Shown piece by piece: positions 1-13,425 of a stretch of 64,000 bases of DNA. Every line of letters starts with the position of its first letter. The stretch's first letter is position 1. A model generated the notes under the pieces. That model ran no database searches. It was not told where the DNA came from and worked only from the letters and a program-made list of their open reading frames with translations. Source of the DNA: Stegostoma tigrinum (taxonomy: Eukaryota); contig NC_081366.1 in NCBI RefSeq assembly GCF_030684315.1, positions 21,085,410 through 21,149,409 of the forward strand, read 5' to 3'. The translations under genes and the position numbers were made by a program.

Positions 1-1240
1 ATGTCTCACAAACTTGATTGAGTTTTTGAGAAAGTTACCAAAAAGATTAACAATGGCAGAACAGTAGATGTTGTTTATTTGGATTTTAGCAAAGTCTTTG
101 ATAAGGTTCTGCATGCTAGACTAATTAGTTAAGTTAAGTCACATGGGATTCAGGGTAAGCAAAGTGAGCCTTGCCAGTTGGATATATAATTGACTTAGTG
201 AAAAACAGAGAGTAAAAGTGGAGAGTTGCTTTTTGGACTGGAGGCCTGTGACCAGCGGTGTTCCACAAGGATCAGTTCTGAGTTCTCTTTAGTTTGTCAT
301 TTATATAAATTATTTGAATGAGAATCTAAAAGGCATGGTTAGTAAGTTTGTGGGTGACACCAAAACTGGTGGCATTGTAGATATGAAGAAGATTTTCTAA
401 GATTACAAAGGGGTATTGATCAAATGGGTCAATGGGTTGAAAAATGACAGAGTTCAATCTGGATAAAAGTGAGGTATTGCATTTTGGTACAACAAACAAG
501 GGTAGGTTTATACAATTAATGTGAAGGCCTTTGGTAGTGTTGTGGAACAGAGGGAGCTAGGAGTTCAAGCACATAAATCTTTAAAGTTTCCATCATGTAT
601 ACACAGGGTGGTTAAAAATGCATTTGGCATGATTGCCTTCATTGCTCAGTCCTTTGAGTATAGGAGTTGGGTGTTATATTGAGGTTGTAAAGGACATTGG
701 TGAGGCCTGTTCTGGAATACTGTGTCCAGTTCTGTTTGCCCAGTTATGGAAAGGATATTATCAAGCTGGAGAGGGTTGCAAGAGATTTACTAGGATGTCG
801 CTGGATATGGAAGGCTTGAGTTATAGGGAAAGGCCTGGATAGCCTGGGACATTTCTTCACTGGAATGTAGGAGGTTCAGTGGTGACCTGATGGATGTTTA
901 TAAAATAATGACAGGTACAGATAGAGTGATCGTAGTTGTCTTTTCCCTAAGATGGGGAATTTGAAGACTCGGGGGCACATTTTTAAGCTGAGAGGAGAGA
1001 GCTTTAAAAAAGATATGAAGCAATTTTTTTACACAGACGGTGGTTTGCGTGTGGAATCACCTTCCTGAGGAAGTGCTGGTTGCGGGTTAAAAGACATTTG
1101 GGTGAATAGATGGAAAGGAAAGGTTTGGAGGGACATGAGCTAAGAGCAGGCAGGTGGGACTAGTTTAGTTTGGGATTATGTTTGGCATGGACTGGTTGGA
1201 CCGAAGGGTCTGTTTCTGTACTGTATGACTTTATGACGCT
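1..1240 (+). mobile_element. CR1-clade LINE, decayed 3' part of ORF2 (RT) plus 3' UTR
   Basis: Frame-shifted RT motifs (CLTNLIEF, VDVVYLDFSKVFDKV, SKFVGDTK as a decayed FADD). Ends in a CR1-type tail 'tgtttctgtactgtatgactttatgac' at ~1211-1237. Confidence 0.9.
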
Positions 1241-1369
1241 ATGCTTCACCCTCAAAGAAAGAGGGAAATTTTATGTTACTGAAAACTGGTATGTGATGCT
1301 GTCTGTGTTCACATACGGAAATGAGAAGACCATGAGGCTGAAATATGACAACAGAGAGTTGCTACTGAG

Positions 1370-3710
1370 AATGGCATGGTGCCACCAACATCACTGCAGA
1401 CCAAGCTGGCTGAATCATAAAGGGCATAAATTTTAGACTAGGCAAGTAGCAAGTGGTGAGGGAACCAAAAAGAAGGAAAAGTATACTTTGTCTCATCCTC
1501 ACTCTTTGTAGTCGCTGCATCTTCCCATGCTATTAACAGTAGGAGTGACAACTATTCAGTGTTAATGGAGAAAACGTCTTACCTTCATATTCAGGATGCC
1601 CTCCACCATTTATGTGGCATTACCACTACGGTGTATAAGATAGATTTTGATCAGATCCGGCCACTCAAGACTGGGCATTCATGAACAGCATGATCGAACT
1701 CAACCCATAAGTGTAACCTCATGGCCTGGCATATTCCTTACTACACCATGACCATCACAGCAGTAAATCAAGCCTGGTTCAATGAAGGTTTCAGAAGAAT
1801 CATGCAAGGACAAGAACCTTTTAAAATGTAATAACAAAATTAATCGCCAATCTGGGGAAGATGCAACATAGGACTGCTTACATGCCAAACGTTCAGTAGG
1901 CAAGCTAATGGATCCCATAAGCAGATCAGACCTAAGCTCTGTTATGTTATCACATCCAATTGTGAATGGCTGTGGACAATTGAACAACTCACTAGAGAAT
2001 AAGACTCCACAAATTACCCTATCCTCATTGATGGCAGAGCCCAGCACCTCTGTCAGAAGTCAAAGCAGAGACCTTTACAAGCATCTTCAGTCAGTTGTTT
2101 CCATCTTTACCTTCGTCAGAGGCTCTCAGCATCATAAATGCTACCCTCCAGCCAATTTGATTCAATATCAAGACATGTGGGGCATTGTATACTGCAAAAG
2201 CTATGGGCCTGAATAATGTTCTGGCAATAGCTCTGAGGACCTGTGCTCCAGAACTTACTAAGCTTTTCCAACACAATGGCACATACCCTGAAATGTGGAA
2301 GGTTACTCAAGTATGTATTGTCCACAAATATCTGGACAAATCCAACCCAGCCAATTACCGCACTATCAGTCTGTCCTCAGAGCATTGAAAAGTGTCATCA
2401 ACAGTGCTATCAAGATTGCTTACTCAAAACTCAGTTTGGGCTTCACCAAGCTCATTCATCTTCCAAACTCATTACAACCTTGGTTTAAATATGGACACAA
2501 GAACTGAACTCAAGAGAAGGGTGAGAGTGACTGCCCTTGCCATGAAGGAAACATTTGTCTGAGTACAGCTTCAATGAGCCCGAGCAAAACTGGAGTCACT
2601 CAGAACCTGGGGGAAGAGGTAGGTACTGGAGGAAAGTGGAGACTGTCTGCTGGTTGGAGTCATGATGAGCACAAAGGAAGATGGTTGTTGAAGGTCAGTA
2701 AACTAAGAAGAATTTCCTCAATGTAGATATTTTTAATCAACCTGTCCAGATATGCCATGATATAATTCTGCAGCAGGTAGAATCTGAACCCAGGGCTTCT
2801 TGTTAAGAGACAGGGGCACTACCACTGTACTACAACAGCCACAGTTTCTCAATTCAGTGTCCTTGTCCTAACCATTTTCAGTTGCTTCATCAATGACTTT
2901 CAATCCATCATAAGATGAGAGGTGGAGATGGTCGCTGATAATTGCACACCATTGAGCAACATTTTCCTCAGATACTGATGCAGTCTGTGTCTAAAAGCAA
3001 CAGGATGTGGACAATGTTCATGTTTGGGCTGATAAGTGGCAAGTAGAATGTGTGCCACACAAGGTTTAGGCATTGATCAAATCAAATAATAGAGAATCTG
3101 ACCATCACTCCCTGGCACTCAATTGCATTACCATCACTGATTCACCCACTACCAAAATCCTGGGTTACCATCCTGCCAGAAATTGAAATGAATCAGCTAC
3201 ATGCATACAGTGGCTAACAACAACAATTTAAAGAGTTGGAATTCTGTGGCTGACTACTTAAAGCCTGTCCACCATCTGCAAAGCAGAAGTCAGCAGTGTG
3301 TTGCAATACTCTTCTCTTGTCTGGATGAGTGTGGCTCCAACAGCACTCAAGAAGCTTGACACCACCCAGAACGAAGCAGCTCAATGAATTGGCAGTGCAT
3401 CTCACCCTACTACATTCATTCACTTTCCAATGATGGACAAAGGCAGTAGTCTGTACTACCTACAAAATGCATTGCAACAGCTCACCGAAGTTCCTTGCAT
3501 GGTTAATTCTAAACCCACAATCTCAAGGGCAACAGATAACTCATAGTACCACCATCTGCCAATTCTCCTTCAGGCCACACATCATCCAGTCGGTGTACTT
3601 TTGCCACATGGATTGCACCAGTTGAAGAGTCAGCTCTGCACCACCTTCTCCATGGGAATGAGGGATGGCTGAGCCAGCAATATCCACACCCCACACAAAT
3701 GAAGTTTTAA
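1370..3710 (+). mobile_element. Second LINE family (CR1/L2 group), decayed ORF2 from the end of the endonuclease through RT and the 3' UTR
   Basis: QVVREP..GKxIL at ~1455-1500. ORF 2185-2388 'AKAMGLNNVLAIALRTCAPEL...WKVTQVCIVHK..DKSNPANYRTISL' is RT domain 0/1. 'gtcgctgataattgcac' (~2931) is a decayed FADD. 3' tail at ~3650-3705. Confidence 0.85.
2728..2840 (-). mobile_element. Short (~115 bp) tRNA-derived SINE nested in the LINE
   Basis: Reverse strand shows an A-box-like 'cagtggtag' and a B-box-like 'gggttcagattc'. Similar copies at ~7765, ~9458 and ~35085. It interrupts the LINE, with degenerate flanking repeats aatttcctcaat/agtttctcaat. Confidence 0.7.
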
Positions 3711-4730
3711 AAATATCATGGAGCATGAAACAAGAGCTTGAGAGAAGGAACAGGGAGTGTGTGAGGTAAAAATCTCCTTGGCTTTGTTTTCTTTGTGCCA
3801 GAATTGATATTGTACAGGAAGTGTTTCCTCAAACAGTAGGTCTAAAGCTGGTTAGGAATTGGATCTGTGCCTCATATCCATCATTTCATTAATATTCACA
3901 TGCTGAGAGCAAATCCAAAAATATATTTTAGAGTTTTGTGCATTTGAGAAATGCTGTGATAAGGAAAAGAAGACAATGGAAATGGGACCAGTTGAAGCTT
4001 GCAACATCAACAAGAAGTGTGATGAGGGCAAGCAAAGACCTGAGAAGTACCCTTGCTCCTGCAGCCCCCATACTACATTGAAAGGGGAATATGTTTCCTT
4101 GGTGCTTGGGTGACAAAGGCAGTGCAGACTACATCCATGCTAGGAAAGTATCAGTGCAAGTTGCCCTGAAGTCTACACCAATCAACATAATCTCTAAGTG
4201 TCCTTTAAATGGGCCCTGGACACCTTGTCAGCATGAGTAAATAGTCTATGTCTGTTTCAGCTTGTGTTAGAGGCACCTGAAAATGACTCAATCCAATTTC
4301 AGGTTGAAAATTTTCAGGCAGGTTTGGAACAGAGGCATTTGTCTCTGAATGGTCATTCTAATATTTTTGCACATAAAAAGAATATAGCAAGCTCTGGTGT
4401 TGCCTGGGACTGAGAGTGAGAGAGATAGAGGTCAGTGATGAATTGTACAACAATAGTCAATAATGAACATGGATGTTGGGCCAAATATGAGGCACATGTT
4501 TCCAGATGACTTGCATCCATGGCAGTAACTTAATTATAATTCAAAAATCCTGCTTTCAGTTCTGAAGCAATGACCCAGATTTTAAGTTTTATACTCAGGG
4601 ATATGCAATACTTAACTTTGAGGAAGGAGCTGAGTAATATGTGTCAGTCTAAAATTTTGTAAGATTTGCGCCAATTGAATTTGGTGATACATTTATTTTA
4701 ATCAATTACTCTGGCATTAAATATAAATTT

Positions 4731-5825
4731 GTTATGATGTGGAGGTGTCAGTGTTGGACTGGTGTGTACAAGGTCAGAAATCACAAGACACCAGGTTACA
4801 GTCCAAAAGGTTTATTTGAAAACGCAAGCTTTCACAGCCTCACTCCTTCTTCAGATGCGAGTGAGAGAGGTAGTATCAGACACAGAATTTATAAGTAAAA
4901 GATCAAAGGATCACACTACCCTTTGTATTAAACAAACCTGAGATGCTGTTAAATCTTTAATCAGTTAGAAGGTTTTAATTGATTAATATGTAAACGTAAA
5001 TCCCCAAATTCCTTTCAAGTCACTGTCCTGAGAGAATGAAAGGTTTTATCAATGTAAAGAAGAGATGACATTTTAGGTCAGACAATGTACGTTAGGTGTG
5101 CAGCCTTGTTTAGAATCTGTTTGTGTTTTAGTTTGGAGTCAGACTGGTTTTATTTCTAAAGTAGGAATTTATAAAACACCGCATTGATTGACTGTCTATA
5201 AATTGTGTGCTTTTTGAACAAAATAAAATGTATCTGCAAATACAAATTCATCCCATAGATTCATGTGTGTGTGTGTGTGTGGGGTGGGGAGTGGGGGTGG
5301 AAGAGAGAGAGAGAAAGAGAGTGTATGTGTCTAGGGGAGAGAATTGTGTGTGTCTGTGGGAGAGAGAGAGAATTGTGTGTGTGCATGTGTGTGTGTTTGT
5401 AGGAGAGAGGGGATGTGTGTGTTTCTGTGAGTGACGTATAGTGTCGTGGGCTTACCTGTCATGTGACATGAATCAAAGATCCCGGTTGAGGCTGTCCTCA
5501 TGGGCGCCAAACTTGGCTATCAGCCTCCACTCGGTGACTCTGCACTGTTGTGTGTCCCAAAGTCTGCCTTGGAGGACAGTTACTTGAAGATCCAAAGCCA
5601 GATGTCCTTGACCACTGAAGTGTTCCCCCACTGGGAGGGAACATCCCTGTCTGGCGATTGTTGCATGGTGCCCGTTCATCCATTGTCAAGGCGTCTGGAA
5701 GGTTTTGCCAATATACTTTGCCTCGGGTCATCCTTGCCTGCAGCATATGAGATAGAAAACATTGGCTGAGTGACATGAGTATCTGCCGTGTATGTGGCGG
5801 GTGGTGTTCCCACGTGTGATGGTAG
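4731..5825 (-). mobile_element. Penelope-like element (PLE) 3' fragment: GIY-YIG endonuclease C-terminus, microsatellite-rich UTR and terminal repeat
   Basis: ORF 5473-5679 'MNGHHATIARQGCSLPVGEHFSGQGH...RLIAKF..HEDSLNRDL' is a typical PLE endonuclease C-terminus. TG/GA microsatellite at 5264-5430. Decayed hammerhead core at 4823-4857 (minus): CAT-CTGAAGA-A-GGAG..CTGT-GAAA-GC-TT-GCG. Confidence 0.85.
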
Positions 5826-6924
5826 TTAGGCAGTGAAATGTTATGGAGTGTCAGAGAAAGGTAGGTGGGGCCAACTTAGTCACCTCTGATATATTTCTAG
5901 AAACAGGAAACAAAACCACCTCATAAATCAGGCAGATAATTGTATTTATGTCTTAATTGTTTCACCAATGGCTGTAACACAAAATAGATAATGGATAGAT
6001 GTGATTAAATGTTCTAATCATAGCAACAATGTCAGTCTTGTTCTGGACCCTGGAATTTTATGTGCAAAATTTAACTGTTCAGGGGTGAATTATGGTAGAT
6101 TCAAGTTCTAAATTATTTTACCCAATTGCTTTTGGATTCAGGATAAAAAAAAATTGACAATTTTCTCTTGATAGTGTTTTCTGTAGCTATTTGTCTCCCG
6201 GAGGAAACAAACTGTGGGGGGAGTCCATGACAGTGAAAATTGTGTATGATTAATTGCACTGAACTTGCTGGTCTAAATTACCTTTTTTTCTCAATAGATT
6301 CTCATGTCTTTGTGTTATTTTAATCACTAATATACATCCCTATCTGACCTACACTGGCGCACCAAGTGATCTATCCTCTATGTAATGCTGCCATCACTGG
6401 AGAGTGACTGGCATCTCAGCAACATAAAAGAAACATAATAATGTTTCAGCTGACTTCAGCTGAACAGTACAGTAAGTGGAAAGCAGCTTGGAGCATTAAT
6501 ATTTACTGAGAGTGAAACTACCCAAACCCCCCTCAAAAATGGTGTTACAGATATTGAAAACAAAGCATTTAAATTTGAAATATTTGCCATACTTTTTCTT
6601 TTAATGGCAATACAGTACTGTTTTTGTACTGGACATTATGGACTGTTCAATCCTGTCATTAACTGGCATGCACATAATGGTACGTATAAACCTGGATTAT
6701 TGTATAGGTGAATCACTGTATGAGAGATCTGTTTGCCCCATGCTTCATAGTTTTCAGGTGCAATCTTGATTTACAAGGATACTTTTAAACTGTTGAGTGT
6801 GATTCTTCTTCTCTCATTTCCATTTCAGTGCTTACTGAGCAATTCCAGTTTAAACTTCTCTAGGGCAGCATTATTTTGCTAATATTTTCATCACAATGGT
6901 CGCTAAGCAGAACAGTTTTGAGAT

Positions 6925-7045
6925 TTACATACAGATGCTGGAAATATGAAATAAAAGCATAAAATTTTGGAAATAATCAGCAGGCCTGGCAGGAAGGAAG
7001 GAACAGTGTTTACATTTCAAAACAATAGCCTTTCTTCAGAACTCT
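6925..7045 (-). mobile_element. Decayed PLE terminal-repeat-derived short element
   Basis: 'cagatgctggaaatatgaaataaaagc...cagcaggcctggcag...ctttcttcagaact' matches the family seen at 16873 and 34905. Confidence 0.65.
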
Positions 7046-7599
7046 ATCTGTTCTTGTTATATTATTGTGGTTTGTTTATGATAGCATGCCAGACCATTCA
7101 AAATTGATTGGCAGAACTGTTTTAATCATATACAGCCATTTTTGGAATCATCCTTTCATCATGCATTATTCTCATCACCATCAAATAAGGCACTGATAAA
7201 ACCTGGTAAAAAAAAAATTTAAAGCCTGGCTCCATTGCTGTAATGTACAATCAGGACAAGCTTGGGTGACATTAAATATTATATTTAAAGTGCCATTGAT
7301 CTTTACAGTACACTCTCTGAAAGAACATTACTTTGGCTTGTTTTGACATCTGAACTCAAATGATAAATTTAGTTGCAAAAGAAATCAGGAATGTATTGAC
7401 ATTATCATAAAACTAAATGCTTTAACAACCTTTCTTTTCATCTGAGTCATGAACCTGTTTAAACAAAAATCTCCATTGTATAAATAATACAAAATTGACT
7501 GCAAACCAGTTACCACAAAGTTGTAAATGTTGATATCTCAATTCTAGTTGGATTGGATCGGGATTGATGTTTTATAGATGAATCCTAAATCCAGTTAGA

Positions 7600-7700
7600 A
7601 GTGTTCTGACAAAGAGTCACTGGACTGAGACTCTGTTCCTCTTTCTGCAGATCTTGCCAGTCCGGCTGAGTTTCTCCAGCAGTTTCTGTTTTGGTTTCAT
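7600..7700 (+). mobile_element. Decayed PLE terminal-repeat-derived short element
   Basis: 'ttctgacaaagagtcactggact...ctgagtttctccagcagtttctgttttggtttca' is the reverse orientation of the 16873 family, with a broken hammerhead core. Confidence 0.65.
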
Positions 7701-7764
7701 ATGTTTTGCCACCCTCCCACTGTTGCCAATTGACGTAGGGATAAATTGTTTAACAGCTCACATT

Positions 7765-7882
7765 AATTATTTTTTTTCTTGCAATCAACTTGTTCCAAGC
7801 GTTCGAACACACTTCTGAAAAAAGTGGGGTTTGAACCAGGGCCTTTGAGCTTACAGGTAGGGACATTGCGCCCCAAGACCCC
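7765..7882 (-). mobile_element. Short tRNA-derived SINE
   Basis: Same family as 2728-2840 ('aatcaacttgttcc...ggtttgaaccagggcc...gtagggaca...ccaagaccc'). Confidence 0.65.
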
Positions 7883-7899
7883 ACAATATCTATCTTGTA

Positions 7900-10320
7900 A
7901 TCAGCAATCCATTGAGAAAAGTAATCTAATTGTGCGCTCTTCAATTCTTTCTCCTGCTCACACCCTCCCGGTGGCTTTTATAGTCAGTGGCTCCGTTTGA
8001 TAATGCTTTAGTGAAACCCCTGCCTTCTGGATCTTAACCCAAATGGTCATTCATCACGTAGTATCTTCGTGAGAGTTAGAAGGTTCCCTGCTTATAGCAA
8101 AGTCAACACAAATTAGGGTTGAATCTGCCATTCTTTCACTGCAAAGCCTTATTCCAATTTGAATACTGTTTACTAGAATGTAAAGACTAAAAGAAAATGC
8201 ATAAAGGTACAAAAATGACGATGTGAATTCTATTTCAGGGCATGTCGTACGGGGATGGAAATCCTCTTCCTTAGTTGCCCCATCGCCTAACCTCAAGCGT
8301 TCTCTTGGCTTTCAGCACTGCTATTCCCCCACAGTGTGTTTCAAAGCGTGTCTTGACTTTTCCGATCGCTGTTATTTTAACATACACGGCAGCCCACTTC
8401 CTTTAAAAATGTTCCCGTCGGCATTACAATAACTGATTAGAAAATCGAGATTCATGGGCTACTTTGGGTTTTTAATTTTTGCGCCTGCCAGTGTCATAGC
8501 AGCGGTTGAAGAAGGCCTGTCCCGGAAAAAAAAATCGGGTTACCTTGCGCACTCAGTTTGCAGCCCTTGGTCATGCATTTGTTGTAGTGTCGCTGCTTTA
8601 TTACAGTGGGTGTCTTTTTTTTGTTATTTGGCTTTGTTTCAGCACTTTTAACAGTACGGATGAGTTTTCGCGCTTCTCGATGATACTCTTAAGTGCTGAG
8701 GGGACTTCAGTACTCAGAGGGCTAATGTGCCTGAAACACTTGGTAATTTTAAACGGATAAAATTTCGCTCTGCTTTTTTTTGACCTGACTAAGGCTGCTG
8801 TCGTTTAAAAAAAAGCCTCTCACATGCCTTGTTAAATTTAAATTGACAAATCTTTGGGGAGCGTAGGCAAGACAGTTTAGTTTCAGTAAATATTCACTGT
8901 AAGAGGTGAAATGTAAGTTTGATGGACCTGTAGACAGAGATGGATGGGTGATGTGAGCAGCACTGAGAAGCTTTCTGAGTTTAATTAAAGGCGACACTGA
9001 TTTTTAAATGGACATAGTTAGCGTATTTCGAGGATTTTCTGGAATGGTTAAATTCCCCGTGCAGTGAGGAATTGAGAGGGTGAAGCTGAAAATCTGTCAT
9101 ACCAGTGGCCAGGACAACGTTGTACAATGATGGGAACAATGGTTAATTTAGTGAGAACTCGTGCAATACATTTTCCCATTACTCTGAATTCAATTTAGAT
9201 TTGTAATAATGGCCACTATGTGGCACAGTAGGTATCAATTATATTCATTTGCCTGTGGAAGCAAGGCGGATCCAACCCAGGCACTTTTCCTCCCACAAAT
9301 GATGAGCGATCTTTGCGAAATTAGTTTCAACATGAAAATGTTCCTCGAGTCTGGAGTCCCACAGAACAAAACTGGCTTCGCCTCAAATTGGCAATCTCCG
9401 CAGATCCCCAGGATAGCGAGTGTATGAAGTGAGACTGGAGTGAGTGTGGAGTGAGATGTATTTCATAATCAGCCTGCTTTGGACATGTAATGACACTCCC
9501 CCACCCCAGGCGGAACTTGAACCCGCTCACGGGTACAGACATCACACTGCAACAAATGACTTACGCTCCGAAAAAAAATGCTCATAATTCAGCTATTTAT
9601 AATTACAGCACAGAGGGGAGTCCTTTAGTCTAATTGTGTCCATTTATTTGGAGAAACAAGTCAAAACTAATGGCATTGCTCTTTCTTCCCAGTCCTGCAT
9701 CTTCTTTACTGTACTTTCCATGTTTGAATTTACTGTTCCCTCAAAAATAATGGTCTGCGCCTCATCTGCTGCCACTCCATGCTCTCGCGTAAAAGACTTC
9801 TTCCTATCCACTCACCTCACCGTTTCACTTCAGTCTAACTCCACGATATGTCGGACTTGAAAACGTTTGATTCAACTAATATTTGTCCCAGTGGCAAAAA
9901 AAATCATTTACCAGCACCTTTATCTTTAGTACCAAGGAGTTGGCCGAGACATAGTGACTGCTGCACGCTCTTCTCTGAGCCCACATGTAAATTGTCTTCA
10001 AGTACTCTTGTACGGGAAATGTTGGTGGGCCAAGTTATCGTATTCCTTCCGCGGAAGCTCAAACTGCCAGCGTTCTGCATCATTGCAGCACCCAACTGTG
10101 ACGTTGTACAGTTTTGTTGCATCTTGCGAATATGCTGTTACAGATTTTGCAGACTAATATTTTCTGCAGTCCATCGCAAATTGTTAACTATTAAAGTGTA
10201 TTAGCCGAGAAATTACACTCCGATTATTACCATATGAATGCTTCTTCATCCAAGTTTATTGTCTGCACTATTGTAACAGAGGCAATGTAATATACATCTC
10301 CCTGTTAGAACAGTCGACTA
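7900..10320. promoter_or_regulatory. CpG-enriched upstream domain (candidate enhancer or divergent promoter region)
   Basis: By eye, CG dinucleotides are much more frequent than in flanking sequence, and long LINEs are absent. CpG obs/exp was not computed. Confidence 0.45.
9458..9560 (-). mobile_element. Short tRNA-derived SINE, decayed
   Basis: 'taatcagcctgctttggacatgtaatgacac...caggcggaacttgaaccc' resembles the 2728 and 7765 copies. Confidence 0.55.
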
Positions 10321-12949
10321 AGAAATGTCTTTAAATTGTTAAATATACAAATATCTCATCATTGCACAGTACAATTCCAATGCTTTTTAGTTATCAGTCT
10401 GAGAATAATAGATAATGAAAATATTAACACATTACCTGGATAAGAACTGTCATTCTGATGAAAAAGTAATTAACATTTAAAGTTAAATAGCTGATGGTTG
10501 GTGCCTGACTTGCCATTGTTTGCAATATTTGTTTCAAATCCACATTTCTTGCTTGGGTGGGCTACACATTTTTGAACATTCCATATTCTCAGGGCATTAA
10601 GGAGGTTCGCAGAATGCTAATTGATTGTGTTATAATGTCTGATTATTAGAGGAATTACCTATAGTTGATTATATTTTTTAAAAAATGCTGCATATGTCAC
10701 GTAAATAAACAACAAAATCAGTTAATAACCTTTAAGCTTGAAATTTTTGAGAGCTTAACATCAGGTTGTAAACACCAACAGCTGAGCTCAAGTGGATTAT
10801 AAACACTTTATTGTCATAATTTTATCAAAACCATATGATATTTATTGCATGTTGAGAATTATTCCCATTTCTCCATTAAAAAGCGTGATGGTTGAGGGCA
10901 TACTTTTGACACCAGGAATCATAACGGACTTCATTGGCCAAGTTGTTTCTTTTATATAAATGGTTCCCACTCTGAAGGATTAGTAATTATATTTGGTAAT
11001 TGTTATAAGTTTGCTGATAACTTGGTTTGGCTATTGTTAAGTTGCACCTTCTATACACGAAAAAATACAGTGAATAATGAAAACCAAGTACTGATTGAAA
11101 GGATATGCTTTTGCTTGGAGGTTCAAGTAAGACTTCAACCTGTGAGAGAAAATGCAGTTATTTGTCAGCTTGGCCCACAAATGAAATGACAACCTTGAAA
11201 GTACTCCAGGGTGTCTCTTATTATTTTCTACTATGATGTTGATAAGATTACTCTATTTTGTTTGGCTGCAGTGAATGTTTTGGCAGATACCAATGGCCTC
11301 TAGGTGATACCTGAAGATGGCCAATGTAACTGTAATATAATTGCTGTAAGATTATCATCCCTCTGTCAAATCCAATTAATTATTTTATGTTTACAATTTT
11401 ATTTTGTGCAAGTGCCACTGAAAAATATAAATTACTCAGGATTCACCTCTCATGGTTTATGGATCATTTGAACCCATGGCTTATATCAATGTTTGTAATC
11501 ACTTCCAAATTTGTCCTATTATTCATTAAAATATGTATATCAAACAGCTATTTTGATTGCAATTAAATGCAGGTAGGTAAACATATGTAAAAAAAAGATG
11601 AATTGGGTATTTAGTCACATCTGTTTTGAAGATGCTTAATGTCTGAGAACAAGGAATGACCTATGCAATGTGTGGTATGTACTGCTGACCTCCAAGCTTT
11701 TATCTTTCTGTCAGCAGGGACTGAGTCAATTTCCCTGAACAAAACATGGATATGTAATGAACAATGATATTTCCACAGAAATGGTTGAATTAGCTCCTTC
11801 CTCGAGTTAAGGGGAATCGGAGGATAGAACAAATGAAATACAATCTATTATTGGTAGGCAAATATCAGAATGGAGAAACAACAATGTAGTAATAAGTTTA
11901 ATTGCTGATAGATTTTACTTCACCTTTCTATATAACAACAGAACAGAAACTAACCTTTTCCGACGGGAAAAAAGTGCAGTGTGGTCTAAACATGCACGTC
12001 TGCTCAAAGCTGTCAGCTCTCATAGCTGAATTTGCAGTTGCTGAGTAAGTGGGAGCTAAAGTTGTCTATTTTAGAACTTTGGTTTGTACATGATTCTCCC
12101 AATTACTGGCCAATTTCTTGCATGCCACATTGTAAGCAATAGGCATCTTCTAAGCACTTCATCACATTGCGGGACGAAAATCAGGCCGTTGATGACAAAT
12201 ATTTTTGTGTACATATTAGTGGCTAACAGATGCAGATCTAGAGCTGGGATTTCAGCCCATTCTGCCACCCAGTGATGCTGATAGTCTATGGAAGGGAGAA
12301 CATCATAAACGTTATCCCAATGGTCTGAAGATATCACTTATTTTGCCCAGAGGACATTGTCACGTACTGTGATGTTACGTGCCCCTTTTTCTCTGTTGCA
12401 CCAGATTGTTGTAATTGTCAACAAATCTTGAAGTTATGTGGCCGGAGAAGATGGAAAACCATGGATACACTGCACTAATCCTGCATTTCTCCAATCTATC
12501 ACATCGGGAAATATTCTCAGATCTTGCATATTTTGGGAAAATATTTTATTTGTTTATAGAATACAATCGTTTGTTCTTTAGGTCAGAGGGTTTGAGAGGA
12601 GCAACTCTTGTGAGGCATTTAAGGGTTTGGGTTTACTGACTGACGCATACCTGGGATTTCATCTCAGACGGTTAACTGTAAAGAAAAGGACCTTTGGGAA
12701 AGGGGATGGGAATGTTGTAAGTACAGTGAAAAGCTCTCCTGTTAACAGTGGAGTGGATCCAGACCGAGCCTCGATATTCCACAAAGATACAAGACAGTGC
12801 TGAAGCTTTAGCTCCCGGCATCTTTCATCACCAAAAAAAATGTTTCTCCTTCAGACGTCAGATGCTAATTAGCAAATATCTAATTAGGAATAGAAGATTA
12901 ATCGCTCCTGGGAGCAGTTGAGCCTTTGAGCTCTGGTGGCTGTACGAGT

Positions 12950-13425
12950 GTCTGTGTGTGTGTATGAGAGAGAGAGAGAAAAGGAGAGATTGACTGGTTC
13001 CCCTCGCCCAGACACTGGAGCATCATTGTCAGGAAAGCGCGCAAACACACACGCACACACACACCTATCCCCTTCTCTGTTGAGCCGGATCGATGTAAAA
13101 TTGTGTTGAGTTTGTGTCAAAATTAAATGCCGGTTTAGACAGATCTATGGTGGTGGTGGTGAGAGCCAGAGTTCAGAGTGTTAAATGTATCGGTGGAAGG
13201 GTGGGTGGTAGGCAGATCAAACATTGTTGCACCTTGCCCAGTGTAAACTGCCGTGTGTCTGTGTGTGTGTGTGTGTGTGTGTGTTTGTGTATGAGAGGGA
13301 GGAAGCCGGGGGTACAAGCTGCCGGCAAGTGACCAGGGGCGATGGTGACAGAGGGAGAGAGGGCAGCTTGCCGTTGATGGAAGAAGGGTTGGGGGGGTGG
13401 ATTAGAGAGAGAGAGAGAGGGGACA
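12950..13425. repeat. (TG)n/(GA)n/(CA)n microsatellite cluster immediately upstream of the promoter
   Basis: Dinucleotide runs at ~12950-12980, 13044-13063, 13253-13290 and 13404-13418. Confidence 0.9.

Noticed and set aside
8639-8658. TTCAGCAC...ACAG as a REST/RE1 site
   Set aside because: The left half matches but the GGACAG right half is broken.
9848-10204. 118-aa plus-strand ORF
   Set aside because: No recognisable domain or supporting splice signals on +; treated as chance.
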